Below, piece after piece: positions 22,365-33,451 of a stretch of 64,000 nt of DNA; positions within the stretch are counted from its first letter, which is position 1, and every line of letters begins with the position of its first letter. The notes beneath the pieces are model-generated. The model did not search any database and was not told the origin of the DNA. It saw nothing but the letters and a program-made list of their open reading frames with translations. The position numbers were made by a program, and so were the translations under genes. The DNA lies in assembly GCA_963788655.1 (NCBI GenBank), contig CAWBHS010000038.1, positions 160,001 to 224,000 of the forward strand, read 5' to 3'. This DNA comes from an uncultured Verrucomicrobiae bacterium. GTDB taxonomy: Bacteria > Verrucomicrobiota > Verrucomicrobiia > Limisphaerales > JAFGQR01.

Positions 22365-22793
22365 TCACGCGGCACCAGATTTTGAATTATAAAGGAAGAA
22401 TGAAGATTGCAGAAGACCGAAGTTGTGCAGGGGCGAGGGCGTCCAGCCACCGTTCCATGGGAAATAATTGGCATTCGTCCGCCAGCAGACCGAGCCAAAC
22501 CAGTTTTTGCCGCACGCGGTCATGCCGAACATGCTATGCCCCGCGAGCAGGGCCAGATCGATCAGATATTTGGCTTCGGTCACGCAGGTCGGCAGATAAG
22601 CCGTGGCATTGGGGATGACACGGATCAGGAACCTCAGCAGCGACACCAACCCCACGAAGGGCAGCGCCCCAGACGCCCAGCGCCATTTTCTTTGGAACTC
22701 GACGCGACGCCCGGTCTTCAGGCGAGTCTTTGGAGTTCTCTCATCGCTTCCTGAGGAAGGGGGATTTGTTGATGTTTTTATATGATTTTCCAT
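22365..22793 (-). pseudogene. DUF362-like gene remnant with large deletions
   Basis: The N-terminal leader is joined to PTCVTEAKYLIDLALLAGHSMFGMTACGKNWFGS. Confidence 0.5.
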
Positions 22794-22862
22794 GCTTACT
22801 GATTCCCTGTTAGCGGTAAGACATTTTCAGGATGGATTTAGGGATTGAGCGTTGCAATGGTG

Positions 22863-24833
22863 CTATGGAGTCGAGACTCGCAGGCGGACGAACCGCGCCG
22901 TAGCATCTTGAATCGGCGTGTTATCACGCAGGACAAGCTGGGTGGGCGTTTCGGTGAGCGTCACGAACTCCGCCGGGCCGGAGATCCACGTGAGCAGGCC
23001 GGAGGAAACCTCCACCGTGTAATTGAGTTGCGCTGCTTCGGCGGCGCGGGTGACTGTCACCACGAGATACTTCTGGCCACTGTCTTCGACGATGCTTACG
23101 GACAACCGGGGTTTCGTATATGCAATCCGCCAAATCGTGCCGTTGGCGTCCTCCGTCATCAGCAAGGCGCCATCGTGTGCGACGGCGACCCCGACGGGGC
23201 GTCCCCAAACATTGCGATCAGTCGCTACAAAGCCAGTCAGGAAATCATCATATCGACCGGTCGGCGCGCCATTATTCAAAGGGATTCGGACCACCTTGTA
23301 TCCGGTGCGGGTCGCACGGTTCCATGATCCATGGAACGCTACAAACGCGTCGCCCTGATACTCCGGAGGAAACGCTGCCGGACCATTGTTGGCCGGGTAG
23401 AACGTCATCTGCAAAGATGCCGAATGCGCCTGTTCCAACACGTCGGGAACGATTGCCTCGCCGGCCAGATCCGGCCGTTCGCCAGCATGACGGGGGTCTT
23501 CGAAACTGCCCATGTAATACCACGGCCAACCATAAAAGCCGCCTTCGGTGACGCGAGTGACAAAATCCGGCACCAGGTTATCGCCCAAACCATCCCGTTC
23601 GTTGGTGGACACCCAGAGGTCACCCGTCGTCGGATGAATGGCGAGTCCCACGGGGTTGCGAATCCCTGTGGCATAAGGGTGCGGCGGTTCGAGCCCTTCT
23701 GGATCAGTTACCAGAATATTTGCGCGATGTGTTTCTGAACCCCACGCGGCCCCCAGCCCATTCGTTGCTTCCCATGCCGTAATTTCAGCAGGCGTCTTTT
23801 GTCCCATCGATTCTCCAACATTCGATGCTGACCCGACGGCAATAAACATCCGCGTGCCATCTTGGGAGAACATGACGTCCCGCGTTGTATGCCCACCCGT
23901 TGTAGCGCTCAATGTCGGAACAACAACCTCGACAGCTCCGGTCGCTATCAGGTCTCCATTGGTATATGGAATTCGCACCACGGAGTTATTCAGCGCGATG
24001 TAGAGCCAGTGCGGGTCGTCACCTGCGGGATAGAATGCTGTGCCGAAGGGCCGGTTCAATCCCTGGGCAAAAATTCGGTTGGTCGATGGTGTGTCAGCTC
24101 CATCATTTGCGCGGAAGACACGAATACGGTTTTGCGATGTTTCTGAAACAAAAATATCCCCATTGGGCGCGACGCGGACGATTCGGGGATTACTCAGGCC
24201 CGACGCAAACTGCTTTACGGTGAACCCGGCAGGCACAGACAAGCTGGCATTCGCGGGCCGCGGCACGACGGTGGGGAAATTCCCTGCGGATGGAGTTGCG
24301 TATGGCGCCGGTAAGTCGGCTACGGTGATGTAATGTTGATTACCCGGCGCTGCTTCCTGCCAGTCATCCGGATTGAGACCTGTGACCGTGGGTAGTTTGT
24401 CCAGGTCAATGCCGTCTGGCACTATCAGGGTTGCCAAATAAGCAATCACATCCGCTCGGTCGCTCGCGTCGGGAACCGTCACTGACATCGTTGTGCCGGG
24501 AACGGCCGTGGCAGGATCGGTCAAATATTGATCGAGGGTTTCCGCGTTCCACACCAATCCTGAATCCTTGAGGGCTTGGGTAAAACCAAAATGCGGACTG
24601 GTGCCTGCCCTCCGCCCCGTCACTCCGACGAGCGTGGGTCCCTGCTTGATCACCACCGTATTGCCCGGACCGAGACTGTCGCTATGACAAAGTGCGCAAC
24701 TCGTCTGGAAAAACGCATTCCCGCGTTCCGCGTTGCCGGCGGGGTTGGTTTGGGCCGTCACCATTGTCGCTCCAGCGACGCACGAAATGCTGGCAATTGA
24801 CACCCACTTTGATGGTAGAAGACGTTTGTTCAT
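22863..24833 (-). CDS. Cytochrome c fused to an L-sorbosone/PQQ-type sugar dehydrogenase, with a C-terminal RFVRL domain
   Basis: Signal peptide; CALCH heme motif and PGTTM; GIRNPVG, NERDGLGD, GWP, HGSWNR, GRPVGV. Confidence 0.88.
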   Translation of the reverse strand: MNKRLLPSKWVSIASISCVAGATMVTAQTNPAGNAERGNAFFQTSCALCHSDSLGPGNTVVIKQGPTLVGVTGRRAGTSPHFGFTQALKDSGLVWNAETLDQYLTDPATAVPGTTMSVTVPDASDRADVIAYLATLIVPDGIDLDKLPTVTGLNPDDWQEAAPGNQHYITVADLPAPYATPSAGNFPTVVPRPANASLSVPAGFTVKQFASGLSNPRIVRVAPNGDIFVSETSQNRIRVFRANDGADTPSTNRIFAQGLNRPFGTAFYPAGDDPHWLYIALNNSVVRIPYTNGDLIATGAVEVVVPTLSATTGGHTTRDVMFSQDGTRMFIAVGSASNVGESMGQKTPAEITAWEATNGLGAAWGSETHRANILVTDPEGLEPPHPYATGIRNPVGLAIHPTTGDLWVSTNERDGLGDNLVPDFVTRVTEGGFYGWPWYYMGSFEDPRHAGERPDLAGEAIVPDVLEQAHSASLQMTFYPANNGPAAFPPEYQGDAFVAFHGSWNRATRTGYKVVRIPLNNGAPTGRYDDFLTGFVATDRNVWGRPVGVAVAHDGALLMTEDANGTIWRIAYTKPRLSVSIVEDSGQKYLVVTVTRAAEAAQLNYTVEVSSGLLTWISGPAEFVTLTETPTQLVLRDNTPIQDATARFVRLRVSTP

Positions 24834-24913
24834 AGAATTTGGTTCCTTGGCGGTAAGATATTTTCAGAATTGATGCAAGCAGACGTTTTACTCTTGAGTG
24901 GTTTTATTTTCGT

Positions 24914-25216
24914 TCACAATTCCTGCCGCGTGGGCCGGAACAGGATTTCGTTCACGTCCACGTCTTCCGGCTGGCTCATCGCGAAGGCGACCGCACGCGC
25001 AAATGATTCGGCGGGAATCGCGGTTTGCTCGTAGAAGGAGGCAAGCGCCTGGCCGCCTTTTGACTCCATTTCGGCAGCCAATGAATGAATACCTTCAACC
25101 CGCCGCGCACCCAGCACCACGGTTGCTCCTTGTGCGGAAAGATGCCGGGCCGTCGCCTCGCCCAATCCGCTGCTCGCACCAGTGATGACGACCACTTTTC
25201 CTTTGATGCTTTCCAT
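24914..25216 (-). pseudogene. SDR oxidoreductase with a large in-frame internal deletion
   Basis: The TGASSGLG N-terminus is joined directly to the C-terminal ...[19 protein letters not shown] and YxxxK are absent. Confidence 0.75.
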
Positions 25217-25341
25217 GTTTGAATCCTTTCTTTCAGTTGAATGTTAAAACGACTTTACCTCACGTGGACAAAACTGTCGCATGCGGTCTTGCCAGACCTG
25301 TTGTGAAATTGCTCGAAAGTGCGGGCACGGATTCATTGGCC

Positions 25342-25839
25342 TTACGATGCCTTGTGGACTCCCAAGCTGCTGCGGACTTCGAACCCGGGCGTCATCGCCA
25401 GTTTGACCACGAGCTCAGCCACGCTCTTACGCGAAACTTGTGCGGAGGCGTTTTTGAAATGCTCGCCCTTGTGCGTCGTGCCGTAATCAATCTCGTCGAG
25501 GTTATTCAGCCATGCGGGCCGCAGGATGGTGTAATCAAGTTCGGATGCTTCAATGATGCCGGTCTTTTGCATGGTGTTCACGATGCACCGTGCTTGTTGC
25601 TCCAAATCACCGGCGAGGTTTGCATAGACAACATCCTGGCCCGCCATAGTTGCCTCCAGCGTCTGGGTGTCCAAGACATCGCCTTCCACCACGCGCACCC
25701 GGTCGGCGTGGCCTGATATTTTGAGCCGACGGGCATTGCGCAAGTATAGCGTCAGTCGCGCATTGGTCTGTTCCAAAAACAGTTCGGCGGCCACACGGGC
25801 AATCTGGCCATTCGCGCCGAGAATCAGGATGTTGGGCAT
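25342..25839 (-). pseudogene. NAD(P)H-binding (atypical SDR) protein, probably internally deleted
   Basis: LGANGQIA and LDYTILRPAWL; the usual segment between MQKTG and IIEAS appears to be missing. Confidence 0.6.
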
Positions 25840-25850
25840 GAGCGAAGGGT

Positions 25851-27432
<1,582 letters not shown>

Positions 27433-27441
27433 AAATATGAT

Positions 27442-27509
27442 TTGAACTGGAGGCAACAGAGGCAACAGAGAAACAAAAACCTCTGTTCACTCCGTTTTCT
27501 CCTGTTCAA
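27442..27509. repeat. Palindromic repeat, right flank of the GxxExxY gene
   Basis: ttgaactggag...ctctgttcactccgttttctcctgttcaa; shares an exact 16-mer with the left copy. Confidence 0.75.
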
Positions 27510-27722
27510 TTCAGTTCACCGTTGCCGCCGGTAATCGCTTGGGGAAAGGCCCTGTTTCTTTTCGGAACAGTTACGCAAAATGGCTGGGATTGGCGTAGCC
27601 TACGTCGAGGGCGATTTCCACCACGCTCTTCTTTGTTTCGCGGAGCAGGCGTTTCGCTTCATCCATGCATCGGAGACCGAGCGCCGAGACTTCCAGATTA
27701 CTGTTACCTAATTTTCTCTTGT

Positions 27723-28366
27723 TCATTTTGGTCTTTGAGTTCGCCAATCAGCGTTGCGCCTCGACCGGGGTGGCAGCATGTCGAGTCCGCCATTCGTTGG
27801 GTGAAGTTCCTTCCCAGCCTTGAAACGCACCCGGCAGCCGAAATGGCTCTCCAACAACTCGCGATGCTGAACAGGACGCGTCAGTTCCAACCGCAGTGGT
27901 TTGATTTGGCCGTCAGTGCCCCGGCGACCCACGCCCAGAATCCAGGACATCACCATATCAACCAGCACTGCGGGCTGAGCTTCCGTGGCTTCGACATAAA
28001 AGAACTCCACCGCGGCTTCCTGCGCTTGGCGGTGGACGCGAATTTCTTCCGGCAGGTCAGTCGTTTGTAGCGACCGAGTCGCTCCAGAGAATCTCCAAAG
28101 GTCCGGCTGCATACGACGGCAATGGCCGCCGGGTGGAACCGCTCCAGTCGTTGTTCTGCGCCCAGCTTCAAGGCGATGCCCGGATCGGAATTCATTTCGC
28201 CAACGCTCCGCCAAAGCGCGAAGGCTTCAGCCGTCGTGACGTAAACCTTCTCCAGTTGGAAAAGGCCCGGCGGTAATCCTGCGCGTCGAAGTAGTGCCGG
28301 CAATGCAATCTTATGGTCTTCGAACCGCTGTGCCCAGGTGCGGGAGATTCGTAATCGATCACTCAT
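27723..28366 (-). pseudogene. AraC-family regulator N-terminal domain, frameshifted and truncated
   Basis: LLRRAGLP, FALWR..DPGIALKLG, LERLGRYKRL, PLRLEL, HFGCRVRF; the HTH is absent. Confidence 0.7.
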
Positions 28367-28634
28367 CGGTTAATGGGCTGAAATCCGAGGGATAGCTCTG
28401 TTGCCGGGCTTGCGCCATGGAATGCCCAACGAAACGGAGGCTGAGCTCGCGCTCCTTGGCATACACGTTTGGATTCCGATCGCGGTCATGGGTCCACAGT
28501 ATGCCGAACGCAGAATCTCGTCACTAGCAGAAGGCGCCAATTTACTTGCTGAACACGCCAAGCAGTCGGCCGCTCGAATCGGGTTGAACTTTGCCAACTC
28601 TCGTCAGGACTTGTTTCATCTCCATGAGTACGTT

Positions 28635-28740
28635 CGATACCAATCTCGTTCTTCCACGTGAAGTATTTCGATTGGCGGTCGTAGCGAGTGCCGCGGCCAT
28701 CGTTATCGCGCATCCGAGCAGTGAGCCGACGGCTTCATAC
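28635..28740 (+). pseudogene. RadC/JAB-domain fragment
   Basis: LVLPREVFRLAVVASAAAIVIAHPSSEPTAS resembles the RadC motif HPREVF...AHNHPSGDPTPS, with deletions. Confidence 0.6.
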
Positions 28741-28891
28741 CCCGCGTCGCGCTGGCTGAGTGCCGAGCTCCGGAGCGTTACCCCGGCTGAGCTCCATTTT
28801 CCCTTGCCCACAAAGCATTGGCGGCGATGCCCTCATTCGTTAAATCACCGCAGACCGCGGCGGGAAAATCCCGTGGTTGCTGGGCACGCCT

Positions 28892-30088
28892 TCAGTTCGG
28901 ACTGATTGAGTGACTCTGGAAATGTGGACGCAGCACCCTCATCTGTGGCCGATCCTGCCCGTTCTTCGGTTCCAAGGTAAACATGTAATCACCCCACCAC
29001 GGGCCTGCCGCCCACCAAGTGAAGCCGGCCCATACGTCCCGGTTCTGTTCCATAAACCGGAGCATGTCGTCCGTTGCCTGCAGGGCCGTCTCGTTGTTGG
29101 CTGCTCCAAACTCGCCCAGGAATGCCCGGTGCCCATGCGTCCGACACCACGACGTGACTTCCTGTAAGCGCTCGCTGCCGATAGTCCTGCTTACCGCCTC
29201 GGGCTTGGTGCCCGAACTGTTCTTGTCCAGATACTGGTGAACCTCAATCAAGTAGTGATCCAGCGGGTCAACGACCTTGAGCATCACTTGGGCGTTCCGG
29301 CTTGAAATCCAACTATGTGCCCCGGTCCACGAGTTGCCGGGCACAAGGATCAGATTGGTCGCGCCCACATTGCGGATTGCGCCGATCACGGCGTTTGCTG
29401 CCGTCAACCATTGATTATTGGGCATATCGTGTGGTTCGTTCATCAGACCAAACCAGACCCGCGGATGGTTCTTAAACGGCGTCACCAACCTGGACCAGAA
29501 ATCGGCAAACGCTGCGTGAGGCACTTCCGGACTGCCGATGATTTTCCCCCCATAGCGGGCATAATCGTGCGGATCCAGGATGATCACCAATCCCCGCTCG
29601 TTTGCTGTGCTCACGACTTTCTTCACGCGCTCCAGCGCGGCGCTTTCGAGCGGCTGTCTTAAAACCGGCTGCAGGTCTGCCCAGCGGAACGGGAAGCGGA
29701 TAATGTTGACTCCGTTGCGGACGAAATAGTCCATGTCCGTGGCGGAGGGATAGATGTAATGCTTCCCGTAGGCTCGAGTTACGCTTGCTTTCGTCGGCCC
29801 AAACTCCCCACCGGCCAAGTTGACGCCGGTGAACTCTAATGGTGCAACGGATCGAGATGACGAACCCGTGCTGTTCTTGGTCGGCTCGACAGAGGCGCGG
29901 GAGAGTGTATCGGCCGCAATGGCTGGGCTCAAACTCGTCACCAGGAGGAGGATAAGCGCGAAAGCCCATTGAATAACACCAGGCCGTGGAAACGTGCCGA
30001 CGGGATGCAGCCAGCCACAGCGCCGCGTGTGCGCAAGCCGCCACCGTCCACAGAGATGCCTATGAGTTGTTGCCCGAGACTGAGCCAT
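28892..30088 (-). CDS. GH5 endoglucanase-like glycoside hydrolase
   Basis: GVNLAGGEF, RFPFRW, ILDPHDY, GLMNEPH (acid/base), EVHQYLD, FLGEFG (nucleophile), WWAAGPWW. The start is approximate. Confidence 0.9.
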   Translation of the reverse strand: MAQSRATTHRHLCGRWRLAHTRRCGWLHPVGTFPRPGVIQWAFALILLLVTSLSPAIAADTLSRASVEPTKNSTGSSSRSVAPLEFTGVNLAGGEFGPTKASVTRAYGKHYIYPSATDMDYFVRNGVNIIRFPFRWADLQPVLRQPLESAALERVKKVVSTANERGLVIILDPHDYARYGGKIIGSPEVPHAAFADFWSRLVTPFKNHPRVWFGLMNEPHDMPNNQWLTAANAVIGAIRNVGATNLILVPGNSWTGAHSWISSRNAQVMLKVVDPLDHYLIEVHQYLDKNSSGTKPEAVSRTIGSERLQEVTSWCRTHGHRAFLGEFGAANNETALQATDDMLRFMEQNRDVWAGFTWWAAGPWWGDYMFTLEPKNGQDRPQMRVLRPHFQSHSISPN

Positions 30089-30169
30089 GTGGCGTCTGAC
30101 GAGAGCAATAGCAAGGCTATTCAAGATTGCTCCCCGAGCGCTGAGGTTGTCGGCTCGATGGATCACTTC

Positions 30170-30241
30170 GCCTCCTGGCAGCAGCCTGCAGGCTTTCTTT
30201 GTAAGCAAGCCGGGCCGGGGCAGCACCGGCGGGAGGCTCCA
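30170..30241 (+). tRNA. Atypical tRNA-Thr(TGT)-like gene
   Basis: Acceptor GCCTCCT/GGGAGGC-T-CCA, anticodon loop TTTGTAA, T-stem GCCGG/CCGGC with non-canonical loop GGCAGCA, short D-arm. Confidence 0.55.
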
Positions 30242-30356
30242 GCGCCTGCGATGCAATGACACATCGCCAATTGCAAATGGCCGAAAAGAGGCAGGGAGGT
30301 AGGGCTTTCCTTGGACGATTTGCTCTTTGCCATTGGCCATTCGCGTAAAGCGCGCC

Positions 30357-30433
30357 GCTCGCATAGTCCAACCGGCAGAGACCCGACGTCGAGAGCGTCG
30401 CCAGTGCAGGTGCGAATCCTTCCGCGAGCACCA
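30357..30433 (+). tRNA. Atypical tRNA-Leu(GAG)-like gene with a short variable arm
   Basis: GCTCGCA/CGCGAGC-A-CCA, anticodon arm CGACG-TCGAGAG-CGTCG, T-loop TGCGAAT. Confidence 0.6.
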
Positions 30434-30501
30434 GCCTGCGCTCGCCGAGCTTCCGCCTTCGCCTGCTTCGGCGGGACGAGTCGGCTTGGCGAACCGAATT
30501 C

Positions 30502-30575
30502 AGCCTGCAAGCATTAAAGTGATACAACGGACTTTTAATCCGTGGAACCGGGAGCGTTACCCTGGCGGGCCACCA
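30502..30575 (+). tRNA. Atypical tRNA-Lys(TTT)-like gene
   Basis: Anticodon arm ACGGA-CTTTTAA-TCCGT, acceptor AGCCTGC/GCGGGCC-A-CCA, non-canonical T-loop AGCGTTA. Confidence 0.65.
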
Positions 30576-30578
30576 ATT

Positions 30579-30712
30579 TGCCAGGTCGTCTAACAGTCGG
30601 ACATCGCCCTTTGAAGGCGAGCGTGGTGGTGCGTCTGCAAGTCGCGACAGCGACGGTCCATTCTCGGGAAACTGGCTGCAGGGCCGGGAGGCCAATCCAT
30701 CCCCGGCAGCCA
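30579..30712 (+). tRNA. tRNA-Gln(TTG)-like gene interrupted by a 60-nt insert in the T-loop
   Basis: Acceptor TGCCAGG/CCCGGCA-G-CCA, anticodon arm TCGCC-CTTTGAA-GGCGA, T-stem GGTGG/CCATC. Removing 30634-30693 restores the loop TGCGAAT and a 74-nt tRNA. Confidence 0.6.
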
Positions 30713-30794
30713 GTTTAATTGCGGAGTGAGGAATGCGGATTGCAGAGCATCTGCTGAGATTCCGCACTCCGAGCTCCAAATTCCGCGTTCAAAT

Positions 30795-30868
30795 CGCTCG
30801 GTGGTGAAATAGAATCACGTCTGGCCTACACCCAGAAATCGAGGGGGCAGAACCTTCCCGGGCGACCA
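30795..30868 (+). tRNA. Atypical tRNA-Val(TAC)-like gene
   Basis: CGCTCGG/CCGGGCG-A-CCA, anticodon arm TCTGG-CCTACAC-CCAGA, T-loop GGCAGAA. Confidence 0.6.
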
Positions 30869-31291
30869 TGGCTTCGCCTCTCGGCTATAGCCCAGCAGGC
30901 CATTTGCCTCGTGGTGCTATTAGTCAGATCGGCCTGCTTCGGCAGGCTGATGCGGACGGCCAGATAGATTCAAAATTCGAATGTAATCCCTGAATTGGAC
31001 AACAAGTTCCCTCTGCGGGCCGGAGGCTGGTTTCAGCCAACTTGGAGCGGTTTGGTTCCCGCTTCTCCCCCATGTGGCGCCGCAAAAGGGCGCGTTTCGT
31101 GCCAAAAGCTTGCGGCACGCGGACGGTATGATCGGCCAACCCGTCCTGTAGCGGGTCTTCAGGTTGGCGTATTTTGAGATCAGCATGAGCAGCGCCGACC
31201 GATCGTTCGCCAACTACCCGAAACAAACCTGCCGCTGATATGCTGACCAGGCCGGTTTCTTTGGGCTGCTTTTGAGTGCATTTACCGTGAC

Positions 31292-32448
31292 ATGAACCGG
31301 CAAGCGTCAATCACGCGTCGCTCGCAAAGTGGGATTCGTGGCTGCCCTCGGGGCTGTGGGAGCCCTGGTGCTCCTGTTTGCGGCGCCCATTCGCATCGAC
31401 CGTCCCGCACCGTTCATGTCGCCAGCAGGTTACATTCGGAGCGTCTTTTTGGGCGCTTCGGCTGTTGTTCCTACCGGTCGTGGCGTCGCCCTCTTTCCGC
31501 TTTTCCGATAGAACGGAAGAAACTCCCTTCTGGGAGTGTCTCCATTTGTAGCCTGCCTCCTCATCGTCTTGCCAGAGGGCTGCCTTTCGCGGTCTGACCC
31601 GGATCACTCCTCCTCTGCAACGTTCGCAGACGCCCGGGCGATCGCCGGGGTTCGAGAAATGGTTAGGCTGGGGCCGCCGGGTGCGTTCACTTCATTTTCT
31701 TGCGCTTCGCGCCGCTCTGGACGTTCTGGTCTATTCGTCTTTAGTGGGCGTTGGCCAGGCAATCAGGAATTTTCGAAGTTCGCAGGAGCGGGAACGGCAG
31801 GCGGCCGAATTAGAGGCCAGGCTCACAAGCGCCAAACTGCAAGCGCTGCGGATGCAGATCACCCGCATTTTCTTTCAACACGCTCGACTCGATTGCCGCG
31901 TTGGTTTATGTCAACCCGCGAGCGGCCGACGAGATGCTGGGTGATTGAGCGAGTTGCTGCGCCGCTCTCTTCATTCGATGGCGGAACAGGAGTTTCCCCT
32001 GGGGCAAGAGCTTGAATTCATTGGGGCCTATCTCAGCATCGAGCAAAAGCGTTTTGGCGAACGGCTTCGACTGGAACAGAGCGTCCGGATGAACTCAGGA
32101 AAGCCCTGGTCCAGCTCTCAATCTTCAAGCCCTGGTCGAGACGCTATCGACACGGCATCGAACCGCGGCGAGGCCCGGGGCTCATCGCGATCGAGGCACA
32201 ACAGGAAGATCAGCATCTGCACCTGATTGTCCGGGACAACGGCAGGGGCTTGCCGCTCGCGGATTTGAACCGCACCGTGCGGCGTGGTATCGGGCTGGCC
32301 AACACCAGCAAGACTGCACGGACTCTATGGCCAGGACCAACGTTTCTCGTTCGGCAGGGCTGAACCTCAAGGTTCAGTCGATATTCACCTCCCCTTTCAC
32401 TTGGAGCCGGTGCATGTTCCCACCATCTCGAACGAGCCAGCCGCATGA
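31292..32448 (+). pseudogene. LytS/YehU-type sensor histidine kinase with multiple frameshifts
   Basis: AKLQALRMQI, (P)HFL(F)NTL, LGQELEFIGAYLSIEQKRFGERL, VRDNGRG and GIGLANT in changing frames. Confidence 0.8.
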
Positions 32449-33206
32449 AAATCCGAGCACTCATCGTGGATGACGAACCGTTGGCAAGGCAGCGTGTTCG
32501 TTTGCTATTGAGTGAAGAACCTGACGTGGAGGTCATGGGAGAAAGCGAAGATGGTTTTGCGGCGGTAGACCGAATCCAGGCAACCAAGCCGGACCTGGTC
32601 TTTCTCGACGTGCAGATGCCGGACATGGATGGATTTGAGGTGTTGCGACGAGTCCCGCAGGCATTGCTGCCGGTCGTGATCTTCACGACGGCTTACGACC
32701 AGCACGCGCTTCGGGCGTTCGAGGTGAATGCGCTGGATTATCTCTTAAAGCCATTCAAGCCCACTCGGTTCAAGGAAGCGGTCCAGCGGGTGCGGGACCT
32801 CATTGCCAACAAACAGGTCGGCGTCGCCGCCCGCGGGCTTCTCGCGCTCTTAGGTCAGCCGCCGGCACTTGCAGGTCAACTCACTCGATTGGCGGTCAAG
32901 ACCCCGGGCAAGATCACGTTTGTGGAGTTGGCCCAGATCCAGACCATCGAGGCCGCCGGCAAATACGCTGTCGTGAATGTCGGCAAGGAAAATCATATCC
33001 TGCGCGAGACCATGAGCGCGTTGGAATCCCGTCTCCCTCCGCAACGATTCCTGCGCATCAGCCGCTCGGTCATCGTCAACATTGACCAGGTCCAGGAGCT
33101 TCAACCCCTGTTCAAGGGCGAGAACGTGGTCTTGCTGAAGAACGGGAAGAGCTATCCCACGACACGTCCGCTTCGCGAACTCCAACAAAGACTGGAATTC
33201 CGGTAG
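32445..33206 (+). CDS. LytTR-family response regulator
   Basis: IVDDEPLAR, FLDVQMP, FTTAYD, DYLLKP; LytTR tail FLRISRSVIVN. Confidence 0.93.
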   Translation: MKIRALIVDDEPLARQRVRLLLSEEPDVEVMGESEDGFAAVDRIQATKPDLVFLDVQMPDMDGFEVLRRVPQALLPVVIFTTAYDQHALRAFEVNALDYLLKPFKPTRFKEAVQRVRDLIANKQVGVAARGLLALLGQPPALAGQLTRLAVKTPGKITFVELAQIQTIEAAGKYAVVNVGKENHILRETMSALESRLPPQRFLRISRSVIVNIDQVQELQPLFKGENVVLLKNGKSYPTTRPLRELQQRLEFR

Positions 33207-33451
33207 AGCCTGAGATTTTCATTTCGCGGAAGGTCTCAAGCACCGACTCAACGTGCGCAGTCTGGGTGGTTTTGCGTTTCAATGGGTGCGCTCCTGACGG
33301 GGATCTCAACATGTGATCGACTCGGCGGGGATCAGGTTCATTCCTTCTCGCTGGCGTTTCGCACCAGAATTACCCGCCTTCGTTCCAAACCGAAAGCCAA
33401 CTCCCAGAAATTCGCGCACAATGGTGCAGCGAAAGTGAACTTAGAGCTTCA

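Noticed and set aside
30089..30364. N-terminal extension of the GH5 ORF to 490 aa
   Set aside because: It overlaps the tRNA-like genes and repeats on the other strand; the signal-like segment lies further downstream.
30629..30696. Group II intron, because the segment begins GTGCG and ends AAT
   Set aside because: It is far too short, has no domain V, and excision at those ends would destroy the T-arm.
30905..30930. A sixth tRNA start (tgcctcgtggtgcta...)
   Set aside because: No anticodon arm, T-arm or matching acceptor 3' strand could be found.
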